Assembly: GCA_964016885.1 (NCBI GenBank)
Contig: CAXHJY010001714.1
Location: 62,001-126,000 of the forward strand
Direction: 5' to 3'
Origin: Eledone cirrhosa
Taxonomy: Eukaryota
Length of the DNA: 64,000 bases
Under the pieces are notes generated by a model. The model made no database searches and had not been told where the DNA came from. It saw only the letters and a program-made list of their open reading frames with translations. Shown here in pieces: positions 13,169-25,200 of the stretch (positions are counted from its first letter, which is position 1; each line of letters starts with the position of its first letter). The position numbers and the translations under genes are program-made.

Positions 13169-13676
13169 ACATTATCATCTCCATTATCATCATTTAGCAT
13201 TTATTTTCACTGTTAACAAGTCTTGGATGGGTAATCACAAACCAAGTCAGATTTAATCAGAACATAGGGGCCTTTTCTTGCTTAGATACATTCCTATATT
13301 CTGCAGAATGCACCAACTGCATTTTCTCATGGCATCAGTACTAGGGAGGCCATCATGTCATTGACACAACTGAAGAATAATCAAGACTCTTTGTTTTTCT
13401 ATGGCTGTAATCCCTTCCTATCATCAACCACCATGATTCCAGGACAACTGACTTAAGAAATTCAATAGATCTGTTATTGGAATGGTGAGACTAAATCTGA
13501 CCAATGGGAAGGAAGTGAATTCTACTGATGCTTGAATTTGTTCATTCTAAATCATATGTGACCAGTGCTTTGTGAAAACAACACCATACTTCAGTGCATA
13601 TTAAAAAAATCGAAATAATAGAAGTAAACTTTATTTCATCATTATGTTTTACTGTGTTTTCTGTTCAAATTCTAGC

Positions 13677-13731
13677 TGTCTGATGAGGTGATAGCTGTTG
13701 CATAATGGTTGTCACCGAAATATATATAACA
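13677..13731 (+). ncRNA. Minimal type I hammerhead ribozyme-like motif
   Basis: TGT-CTGATGA-GGTGATAGC...GTTGTCACC-GAAA-TATATATA-ACA: core, 9-bp stem II, palindromic mini stem III, 3-bp stem I. Confidence 0.55.
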
Positions 13732-13781
13732 ATGGATATGAATAAACGAAGTTAATTTTAACCCGTTGAGTTACACTTCTT

Positions 13782-13810
<29 letters not shown>

Positions 13811-13812
<2 letters not shown>

Positions 13813-13978
13813 GATGAGATTCTACAGGACTAGAACTGTTTCATTCATTTGAAATCATCAGGAATCTCTAGAAACAGTTCTAGTCCTGTAGAATCTCATC
13901 TATATTAAAACTGTTATACTCTGCTATGTATTGAGTACCTTACTTACTGTGGTTACCTCCGATTCAACCCGGAATAAC

Positions 13979-13981
<3 letters not shown>
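13811..13981. mobile_element. Palindromic (TA)n-embedded element, probable Penelope-like remnant
   Basis: 32-bp perfect inverted arms at 13811-13842 / 13871-13902. Minus strand has CTGATGA-TTTCA..TGAA-TGAAAC. Same family as 19214-19430. Confidence 0.55.
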
Positions 13982-14021
<40 letters not shown>

Positions 14022-14055
14022 AGGAAGTAAGTTTCTATTGAAAAAAGTGGTTATA

Positions 14056-14383
14056 GAGAAAAGGTGAAGTTGGAAATAGCATGGAAAATATATTTTCTCC
14101 AGTCTCCTTCTCAGCAAGGAAGATGAAAGAAACTTACCTCTTAATTTTAAATCTTTAATTTCTAGTTTTTAATTCTTATTAATTCTTTTTAATTGTAATA
14201 CTCAACATTTGATAAGATGAATTTTAATAATACATTGAAACCGGTAATACTTTATATACATTCTAAAACTCCTTTTTATTGCCCTCTCATTTTTTCAATA
14301 ATGTCACTTTGACGAATCAAAGAAAGGAAAAAAAGAAAAACAGACTCTAAAATATATTTCCCGTGCTATTTCCAAATTCACCT

Positions 14384-14388
<5 letters not shown>
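14056..14388. repeat. ~40-bp inverted repeat bounding a segment between (TA)n tracts
   Basis: GAAAAGGTGAAGTTGGAAATAGCATGGAAAATATATTT vs AAATATATTTCCCGTGCTATTTCCAAATTCACCTTCTC. Confidence 0.6.
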
Positions 14389-14415
<27 letters not shown>

Positions 14416-14416
14416 A

Positions 14417-14748
14417 TCATCATCATCATTTCATTTTACGTCCACTTTTCCTTGCTTGCAAGGGTGGGATGGGAACTGATTCTGGCTTGATTTCTATAGC
14501 TGGATGCCCTTCCTAACACCAACCTCATTTACAGTGAGTGCTGGGTGCTTTTTTGCGTGGCACCTGCACGACCACTTTGCAGTGGAATGATAGAGACCCC
14601 AATCCCTATCATCTCATTTCTACAGCTGAGTAAACTGGAGCAATGTGAAATAAAGTGCCTTGCTCAAGGAAACAACACATCACCCGGTCTGAGAATTGAA
14701 CTCACAACCTTTCGATTGCAAGGCCAATGCTCTAACCACTAAGCCATG
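14417..14748 (-). mobile_element. Second copy of the tRNA/CORE-like/RTE-tail SINE
   Basis: Nearly identical to 12541-12939 but lacks one internal TTTACAGTG...CTGGGTGCT unit; (CAT)n at 14417. Confidence 0.85.
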
Positions 14749-14888
14749 TACATTATATTATATTATATAAATATATATATATATTATATTATATTATATA
14801 AATATATATATATATATTATATTATATTATATTATATAAATATATATATATATATATATTATATTATATTATATAAATATATATATAT

Positions 14889-17800
14889 ATCATCATCATC
14901 ATCATCATCAACGTTTAACGTCCGTGTTCCACGTTTGCATGGGTTTGGATGGGAGTTTTCCCACTTGAGGCAAGAGTGATTGTCTTGCTCGCATAGGACT
15001 GTCTGGCAGGTTTTCTACAGTTGGATGCCCTTCCTAACACCAACCACATTTACAGTGTGGGGCTGGGAGGTTTTTACCGTGTTGCCTACACGGCCACATT
15101 ACAGTGTGGACTGTATGTTTTTTTGTCGTGACACCTACACGATCTCATTTGTTTCGGCCTGGATGGTGTGGAACCAACATAACTTTACATAGAAGGGGCC
15201 GGTGTGGATGGGGTGGGGGTGGTGGGACGGGGGCGTATTTTGTTAGAGATGCCTACTGACTGTAGTAGGTTTTACTATGTATTTAGGTAAGGCGGGTCTT
15301 CTCTATTACTGAGTACCGCCAAAGGTCTCGGTCCAGTGACATTGTCTTGGAGAGGTGTAAGTGTGTGAGGTCGGAGTTTATCAGCTCGTCCCAGGTTTTT
15401 CTAGGTCTGCCTATTCCGTGGCTACCATCTATCTTTATTGCCCTGCACTTTGTTATACAGCTATCGACTTTCATGCGCATCACGTGTCCATACCAACGTA
15501 GCCTTCTCTCGAGTAAACAACATCTGATCCCTCTTATTTCTAATTTTTTCCTTAGTTCGTTTATGCTTTGCCGTTCACGTATATTACTATTACACATCCA
15601 GCGGAGCATGCAAGCTTCGTTCCTCTCTAGTCTGCATATATCCTCTGCACACAATGCCCAGGTCTCACTGCCATGCAACATTGCTGTTCGTATGCAGGCA
15701 TCATACAACCTGCCTTTCATTTTTAGGGAGAACCCTTTAGCGGCTAATAGTGGTATAAGCTCTCTGAACTTTTTCCATCCAGTTCTGACTCTAGCTACTG
15801 TACTTTCAGAGCACCCTCCCCCACTGCTGATTTTGTCACCCAGGTAACGGAAGCTATCCACTATTTCTATAGAGCCCTCTGCGCAGTTGAAAGAGCTAGT
15901 ATTTTGTGGGCACTTGCTGCTACTTATTACACCAGAGCACCGGCCACATGTGAAATCTATGTTCTTAGTTAGCTTACCTGTGATCCCACTACATCTTTTA
16001 TGCACCCATACTTTGCATTTCTGACACAAAATGGAGTTTCTACCTACGCCTTTCCTACACACTGAGCATGGCCACTTCCCGGAAGGGACCGCCGCCTTAT
16101 TTTCTTTCCTACAAACTAGAACTTTGGTCTTAGCCAGGTTAATTTTAAGGCCTTTTGATTCTAGGCCGTGCTTCCATGTTTGGAATTTCTTCTCTAGCTC
16201 GGCCATTGATTCAGCTATGAGTGTTAGGTCGTCTGCGTATAGGAGTTCTCATGGGCAGCCGGTCTTGAACTCCTCTGTTATAGCCTGAAGGGCAATAATA
16301 AATAGTAGGGGGCTGAGAACAGAGCCCTGATGGACGCCAACTTTTACGCTAAACTCTTCACTATATTCGTTGTTAATTCTAACCTTGCTGACTGTTTCTT
16401 TATACATGGCTTGTATAGCTCTCACAAGCCATTCGTCGACACCTAGTTTTCTAAGAGCCCACCAGATAATGGAACGGGGGACTCTGTCGAAGGCTTTCTC
16501 CAAGTCGACAAAAGCTAAGTAAAGGGGTTTACTTTTAGCTAGGTACTTCTCCTGTAGTTGTCGTACAATGAAAAGAGCGTCTGTGGTACTTTTGCCTGAC
16601 ACAAACCCGAACTGCATTTCATCTAGGTCAATTCTCTCTCTGATTAGTTGCGCTATTACTTTTTCCGTGACCTTCATGACCTGGTCGATTAATTTAATGC
16701 CTCTATAGTTACTCCTATCTAGGGCATCTCCTTTACCCTTATAACAGTTAACGATGATGCTGCTATGCCAGTCCTTCGGAACAACTCCATTCTGTACGAC
16801 TTGGTTAACTATCCGGGTGACCATGGTGTGTCCCACCGTGCCAGATGCCTTCAGCATCTCAGCAACTATTTCCGAAGGCCCAGCTGCCTTACCCGTCTTC
16901 ATATCCTTGATTGCCTTACTTATTATACTACCCTCAACTAACACTGCTGGTCCCTCTATTGGGTCAATGTGGGGGAGACTGTCTTTCTCCCATTTATTCT
17001 CCTCATTTAGTAGCCTTTCATAGTGACACTTCCAAGCTACCTTCTTATCAGCGTCGGTGATGGCAAGTACGCCGTCATCATTAAGTACACACTTCTCCCC
17101 GACAATATCACGGTTTTCCTTGACACATTGCCTAGCAATCCTGAACACCTCACGTTTTTGGTCCTCGTGTTGTAGAACATGCTTGAACTTTCTTTCCTCT
17201 GCTTCCCTTCTTGCGAAGTACACTTGTCTCCTAGCTTCCCTCCTGGCCACTTGATAGTCTTCTCTACTTCCCCCATCCCGCCATACTTTCCAAGCCTGCT
17301 TTTTGGCCTTAATTGACCCCTCCACCTTACTGTTCCACCACCATGTTACTCTCCTCCTGCCTACAGGCCTGCTCCAGCCACAGACTTCGTCTGCCGCCAT
17401 CAGCAGGTTTGCTTTCAGGAATTCCCACTGCTCCTCTATATTGTACGACTCTAATTGCTCTTCCTTACTGTCGAAAGCATCAAGTAGTATGCTTTTAAAT
17501 TTATTTCTGGCTGTGGGGTCCTTTAGCTTCCATATTTTTCTCCTGAGGATAGTCCTCTTCAGTTGTCTAGTACGTCTCGTCCTGACTATTAGGTCGCTAA
17601 TTATCAGTCTATGTTGGGAGGTGCATTCTTCATGGGGGAGGGATTTAGTGTTTACAACAGACACTCTGTCACGTCTTCTGGCAAGGATATAATCTACCTG
17701 GCTTGTGTGTTCCCCGGATCTATAGGTGATCAGGTGATTGTCACGTTTTTTGAAGTTAGTGTTACAGATAGTTAGGTTATTTGCGTCACAGAATTCCAGG

Positions 17801-19158
17801 ATTCTGGAGCCTTCCTCATTTCTAGTACCAAACCCATAGCCTCCATGGATTTCGTCGTAGCCGTCACAATGTTGTCCAACGTGACCATTTAGGTCGCCTG
17901 CGATAATTATATAGTCACTGTCGGTTATTTGGGAGGTAGCGAGCATCAGTGTCTCATAAAATCTGTCTTTTATAGTGCCGGGCAGTCCGGATTGGGGTGC
18001 GTACGCAGATATTACTGTCACCGTAGTTCTATTGAGGACAAGTCTTATTTTAATTATTCTGTCGTTCACTCTATTTACGTCTATTATCTTATCTGCCCAC
18101 TTTTCTGCTACCATGATTCCTACTCCACCCAGCCCATCGTCATTTCCCACCCAGAAAAGCTTATAGCATCGTTTTTTACCCTCAATGAATCTAGCAGACC
18201 CACCCCTCCACCTGGTCTCTTGAATACAACAAACATCGACCTCCTTACGTTCGAGCATTTCTACAACCTCGTTAGAGCGACCCTTTAAGGTGCCTACATT
18301 CATGGTACCAACTCTGAAGTTTTGGATTGCGTTTGGAGGGTGGGAGCGGTGGGGAGCGGGGGGAGATGGGGTTATGTTAGCCATCCGCGGCCGAAACAAA
18401 GGGGAGTGCTCGCATTCTCGTCCACGAGGTGAATTTGTCTTTATCTTTGGCATTGTCGCTGAGCGTCCAGATTTTTCGCTCTTCCACTCTCCAGAATTCC
18501 GTAGTCCATCCATCCATCATATATCGAAAGGCAACCAGGCAAGCGATAGTATAGGCCTCTGGCTCATGATTGGTCCACGTAATAATAATGGTGGTGCGTG
18601 GGGGCGGGCGGGAGAGGTGTTGGGTAGATAGCGAGATGGTAAGGATTGAATGAGGTCCTCGTATTTAACAAGCGATAACAAAAATACAAGATTTGTTTTG
18701 TTTAATACGACAAAAACCCTCGTATTTAACAGGCAATAACAAAAAATACAGATTTGTTTTGGGAAATACGACAAACTACATTAGGATTTGGCAAGATTGG
18801 AGGGTTGGACTGGATACGAATGGAGTGTGGAAATGGTAGAAAAATGTGTACATTACGTTACATGATATACCGTGAAGAAAGCAGCGATGAATTTGGCGAA
18901 TGTGATTTACTTGAAGGGTTTATCTTATATATATATATAGATAGAGAGGGAGAGAGAGAGAGAGATGGGGAGGGGGGGGGATAGGTTTGGCCGCATGATG
19001 TAGATATTGGGGTGGCTGACCGCGAGCCCTCATGAAGTAGAGGGAGGGGGAGAAGATAGTAGGAGCGGGAGTTTAGAGTTTTCGAAGTAACAAATATATT
19101 TAAAAGAATTTATAAGAAGAAGAAGGGTTTTGTTTTGTTTTGAAAATACGATACGATA

Positions 19159-19160
<2 letters not shown>
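14889..19160 (-). mobile_element. Apparently full-length RTE-clade LINE inserted in a TA-rich microsatellite
   Basis: Single long APE+RT frame, 3' ...GGACGTTAAACGTT(GAT)n tail at ~14890-14925, ~650-bp 5' leader ending at (TA)n ~19160; TA repeats on both flanks. The 5' boundary is approximate. Confidence 0.9.
15283..18513 (-). pseudogene. RTE ORF: AP endonuclease + reverse transcriptase + PHD-like finger, interrupted by one in-frame TGA at 16249-16251
   Basis: APE motifs GTMNV, IQETRW, SAYAPQ, AGDLNGH, QVDYIL, SQHR; RT motifs NYRGIKL, FVDLEKAFD, GVHQGSVLSPLLF. Reading through gives GCP*ELLYADDL. The 754-aa and 307-aa ORFs are in frame (3231 nt in total). Confidence 0.93.
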
Positions 19161-19213
<53 letters not shown>

Positions 19214-19216
<3 letters not shown>

Positions 19217-19417
19217 GTAGGTCCCGGGTTGAGTCGGGGATAACCACAGTAAGTAAGGTACTCAATACATGGCAGAGTAAAACATTTTTAATTTTATAGA
19301 AGGAGCTTCTACAGGACTAGTACTGTATCATTCAGATGAAATCTTCAGGAAACACAGGAGTTTCCTGAAGATTTCATCTGAATGATACAGTACTAGTCCT
19401 GTAGAAGCTCCTTCTAT

Positions 19418-19430
<13 letters not shown>
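19214..19430. mobile_element. Palindromic (TA)n-embedded element with a 68-bp perfect hairpin
   Basis: Arms 19286-19353 / 19360-19427 with a 6-nt loop. The flank 19214-19285 is homologous to the reverse complement of 13905-13981. Confidence 0.65.
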
Positions 19431-19449
<19 letters not shown>

Positions 19450-19730
19450 TATGGGAAAAGAATCAGGACCCCGGCAGCTGAGCTCCAGCCATTTTGATAG
19501 CTAGATCTGAACCCGGATATATATACAACAGTTACATTTAAGTTCAATCAATGCATATAAAAATATATATTGATAATGTTTCTCAGTAAAAAGCTCAATA
19601 AACATCTGTTCAGAGCATCAATAATATAAAATATTTTAAAACGATATATGAAGATATGTTTTTATTTAACACTTAAATTTGTATTAAAATCTACGTATCA
19701 TTTACTATATATATATATATATATATAAAG

Positions 19731-20010
19731 ATCATCATCATCATCATCATCATCATCACCGTTTTTCGTCCAATTTTCCCCCGCTAGCATGGGTTAAACA
19801 GGTTGTCCTGTTGTGGGCAATGTTAGGTCGGGTGACCTTGTCTTGTTCATACGGGAACTGATTTGGGCTTGATTTCTTCTGCCGGATGCCCTTCCTAAAC
19901 TAAACCTCATTTACTGAGTGCTATTTTTCGTGGCGCTTACACGACCACTTTACAGTGTGGGCTGGGTGCTTTTTTGTCGTGACAACTCCACGACCACTTT
20001 GCAGTGGGAG
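19731..20010 (-). mobile_element. 5'-truncated SINE of the RTE-tail family
   Basis: (CAT)n tail, then GGATGCCCTTCCTAA and CACTTTACAGTGTGGGCTGGGTGC body motifs. Confidence 0.7.
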
Positions 20011-20096
20011 GGGATGGGAGCATATAGTGTATATGCTTCCGCTTCAGCTTGTTCCTGTTGGAAGTCGGGTCTTATATATATATAAATATATATATA

Positions 20097-20887
20097 CAGT
20101 CGAGTCCACTTAAGAGTATACCCTCGGGAATGGAAAATAGTATACTCTTAACCGAACTATACTCTTATCCGGACTAAGTAAAAATATTCCATTGTATTAT
20201 TATTTTGAGCCTTTCAATGATTAAAAATCGATTTATTATCGTTTAAAATGCACTCGATTGCTCGCAATTTTTTTTCAATCAATTCCTTCGTTCTCAGAAG
20301 GAGTATAATTTTCAAAATTTTCTAACGATTGCATCATATAGGAGGGTACAGGGAACAAAGCATTCCTTCTTTTCCAGAGATCTAAAATATTGATAAATGA
20401 TTAAAGTTATGTTAAGTACCTATGCACATTCATATTATAAATATAAAAATAATACATACTAACCTTTGAGTAACGGATATGTTTTGAGTAATGGATAAAG
20501 TAGAGCATTTCAAAGACATTTTTATGACACAATGAATTATAAATTTTTGTATTTGCATATATTAAACTTTAAATTGCTTTTAGAATGGTTGTATAAATGA
20601 CATCATCGCATTTCATTTTGAATTGTTTTAAAATAGTTATGTTACATTATAAGCCCAATTTACTTTACCGTATTCATTATACTCTTATTCGGACTAAATT
20701 ATATAGAAAATATATAAACGAGAATTGATTATGCTATACTCTTATGCGAACTATACTCTTATCCGATATACTCTTAAGCAGACCCATGCACTGTACAAAA
20801 CATAGTACATACATTCGAGAATTAATTATGCTATACTCTTAAGCGGCCTATACTCTTATCTGATATACTCTTAAGCGAACTCGACTG
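20097..20887. mobile_element. Tc1/mariner (pogo/Tigger-type) MITE
   Basis: TA|CAGTCGAGTCCACTTAAGAGTATA ... TATACTCTTAAGCGAACTCGACTG|TA; repeated subterminal TATACTCTTA motifs. Confidence 0.85.
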
Positions 20888-20949
20888 TATATATAAATGC
20901 TAGTTGGTTTCTCATTTGATATATCCTTATATATCATTTTAAAATATTT

Positions 20950-20990
<41 letters not shown>

Positions 20991-20997
<7 letters not shown>

Positions 20998-21830
20998 AAT
21001 TAATATCTAGTAACATATATATACATACAGATGCATATCAATGCTAGCAAATATATAGGTTTTGTCTTAGTAACTTTGTGGTTCAATGCATGGGGTTGCA
21101 GAACAATAATATGAGAGACGTAAAATAAGAAAATTATAAAATTAACTTACTTACTAAAATATCACTTCCAACAAATTAGTTTCTGGAATGGAATAAATAT
21201 ATTTTCCGAAGTAAATACAGAGAATCATTCCGTCGTCAGGGAAGACTATTCTCATCTAAGTATCCAGGCAAAGCGTGGACTCTGGAAACTTATTAAAAAA
21301 TAATTCAGTGGATAGAAAATAGCAAAGCGTGGATTGAATTCCTAGCCATTGAGAAAATCACTGCCTCTGCGTCGGTGGCAAATTCAAAAAGAATCAATCA
21401 CGTGACATCGAGGTCAATCAGTGGAAAGTGGTTTGCTAATAAGACAGCGGCCTGCCTGCTACCATAGCAGCAGTCATGGCCAATATTGCTCGACAAATAA
21501 TTTGGAGATAATTATAAAGAATTAATATCTAGTAACATATATATACATACAGATGCATATCAATGCTAGCAAATATATAGGTTTTGTCTTAGTAACTTTA
21601 TGGTCAATGCATGGGGTTGCAGAACAATAATATGAGAGACGTAAAATAAGAAAATTATAAAATTAACTTTCTTACTAAAATATCACTTCCAACTAATTAG
21701 TTTCTGGAATGGAATAAATATATTTTCCGAAGAAAATACAGAGAATCATTCCGTCGTCAGGGAAGACTATTCTCATCTAAGTATCCAGGCAAAGCGTGGA
21801 CTCTGGAAACTTATTAAAAAATAATTCAGT

Positions 21831-21835
<5 letters not shown>
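20991..21835. repeat. ~323-bp near-identical direct duplication between (TA)n tracts
   Basis: 20991-21314 is repeated at 21513-21835 with a few substitutions and a ~200-bp unique spacer. Confidence 0.9.
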
Positions 21836-21921
<86 letters not shown>

Positions 21922-22254
21922 TTCCTTCTTGACCATGTTACTGTTGTTGTTTAGCCCAAAATTTTAAAATTAAATAAATTCCAGCTACATTATTCTGTTT
22001 CTTTAGGGCAGAGCCTTCTAAACGTTTCTTATTAACAACACACTTTTCATAATAGTGCAACAAATATTTACAAGACACATTAATTAAGTTTTGTTACCTA
22101 CAGCAAATTGATGAAATACATAACTATACAATTAAATACATCATCAAATATCACAGATCATAATCTATTTGAACACATAGTTGTGAGATTTTGAAAATAC
22201 TTCACAGCCACAAAATTTTAAAAAATTGATCAGATTTCCTTTAATATCAGTAGC

Positions 22255-25200
22255 ACACCTAGAAATTAATGGTTGTTGTGACATATCTAGAGATTATTGC
22301 TGACTTACTAAAGTGTTGTGACACATCTAGAGATTATTGGTGACATACTAAAGTGTTGTGATACACCCGAAGATGATTGGTGACATACTAAAGTGTTGTG
22401 AGGCTCCTAGAGATTATTGGTGACATACTACAGTGTTGTGACACAACTAAAGATTATTGGTGACATACTAAAGTGTTGTGGCACAACTAGAGATTATTGG
22501 TGACATAGTAAAGGTTTGTGACACATCTAGAGATTATTGGTGACATACTAGAGTGTTGTGACACACCTAGAGATTATTGGTGACATACTAAAGGGTTGTG
22601 ATACACCTGGAGATTATTGGTGACCCACTACAGTGTTATGATACACCTGGAGATTATTGGTGACATAGTAAAGTGTTGTGACACATCTAGAGATTATTGC
22701 TGACATAGTAAAGTTTAGTGACACATCTAGAGATTATAGGTGACATACTAGAGTGTTGTGATACACCTGGAGATTATTGGTGACATACTAAAGTGTTATG
22801 ACACACCTAGAGATTATTGGTGACATACTAGAGTGTTGTGATACACCTGGAGATTATTGGTGACATACTACAGTGTTGTGACACACTTAGAGATTATTAG
22901 TGACATTGTAAAGTGTTGTGACACACATAGAGATTATTGGTGACACACTAGAGTGTTGTGACACACCTAGAGATAAATGGTGACTTACTAAAGTCTTGTG
23001 ACACAACTGGAGATTATTGGTGACACACTAAAGTGTTGTGACACATCTAGAGATTATTGGTGACATACTAAAGTGTTGTGATACACCCTGAGATATTTGG
23101 TGAAATACTAAAGTGTTGTGAGGCATCTAGAGATTATTGGTGACACACTAAAGTGTTGTGACATACCTAGGGAATATTGCTGATATACTACAGTGTTGTG
23201 ACACATCTAGAGATTATTGGTGACTTACTAAAGTGTTATGACACACCTAGAGATTATTGGTGACTTACTAAAGTGTTGTGACACACCTAGAGATAAATAG
23301 TGACTTTATTGGTGACATACTAGAATGTTGTGACACAACTATAGATTATTGGTGACATAGTAAAGATTTGTGACACATCTAGAGATTATTGGTGACACAC
23401 TAGAGTTTTGTGATACACCTGGATATTATTGGTGACATACTAATGTGTTGTGACACACCTGGAGATTATTGGTCACATACTACAGTGTTGTGATACACCT
23501 GGAGATTATTGGTGACCATACTACAGTGTTGTGACACACCTAAAAATTATTAGTGACATTGTAAAGTGTTGTGACACACATAGAGATTTTTGGTGACACA
23601 CTAGTGTGTTGTGATACACCTGGAGATTATTGGTGACATACTACACTGTTGTGATACACCTGGAGATTATTGGTGACACACTACAGTGTTGTGACACAAC
23701 TATAGATTATTGGTGACATACTACAGTCTTGCGACGCACCTGGAGATTCTTAGTGACTTACTACAGGGTTGTGAGGAACCTAGAGATTATTGGTTACATA
23801 CTAAAGTGTTGTGACACACCTAGAGATTATTGGTGACCTACTAGAGTGTTGTGACACACCTAGAGATTATTCGTGGCATACTACAAAGTTGTGTCACACC
23901 TAGAGATTATTTGTGACATACTAGAGTGTTTTGACACACCTGGAGATTATTGGTGGCACACAACAGTTTTGTGATACCTAGAGATCATTGGTGACATACT
24001 AAAGTGTTGTGACACACCTAGAGATTATTGCTGACATAGTAAATTTTAGTGACACATCTAGAGATTATAGGTGACATACTAGAGTGTTGTGATACACCTG
24101 GAGATTATTGGTGACATACTAAAGTGTTATGACACACCTTGAGATTATTGGTGACACACTAGAGTGTTGTGATACACCTGGAGATTATTGGTGACATACT
24201 GTGTTGTGACACACGTGGAGATTATTGGAGAAATACTAGAGTGTTGTGACACACCTAGAGATTATTAGTGACATACTAAAATGTTGTGACACGTCTAGAG
24301 ATTATTGGTGACATACTACATATTATTGGTGTGACACAACTACATATTATTGGTGACATACTAAAGTGCTGTGACACATCTAGAGATTATTGGTGACATA
24401 CTACAGTGTTGTGACATACGTAGAGATTATTGGTGACATACTAGAGTGTTGTGACACACCTAGAAATTATTGGTGACATACTAAAGTGTTATGACACACC
24501 TAAAGATTATTGGTGACACACTAGAGTGCTGTGATACACCTAGAGATTATTGGTGACACACTAGCGTGTTGTGATACACCTGGAGATTATTGGTGACCAT
24601 ACTACAGTGTTGTGACACACCTAAAAATTATTAGTGACATTGTAAAGTGTTGTGACACACATAGAGATTATTGGTGACACACTAGTGTGTTGTGATACAC
24701 CTGGAGATTATTGGTGACATACTACACTGTTGTGATACACCTTGAGATTATTGGTGACACACTTCAGTGTTGTGACACAACTATAGATTCTTAGTGACTT
24801 ACTACAGGGTTGTGACACACCTAGAGATTATTGGTGACATAGTAAAGGTTTGTGACACATCTAGAGATTATTGGTGACATACTAGAGTGTTGTGATACAC
24901 CTGGAGATTATTGGTGACATACAAAAGTGTTATGACACACCTAGAGATTATTGGTAACACACTAGAGTGTTGTGATACACCTGGAGATTATTGGTGACAT
25001 ACCAAAGTGTTTTGACATACCTAGAGACTATTGGTGACATAGTAAAGGTTTGTGACACATCTAGAGATTATTGGTGACATACTAGAGTGTTGTGATACAC
25101 CTGGAGATTATTGGTGACATACAACAGTGTTGTGACACACTTAGAGATTATTAGTGACATTGTAAAGTGTTGTGACACACATAGAGATTATTGGTGACTT

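Noticed and set aside
15347-18984. Plus-strand ORFs overlapping the RTE
   Set aside because: Antisense shadows of the RTE coding frame.
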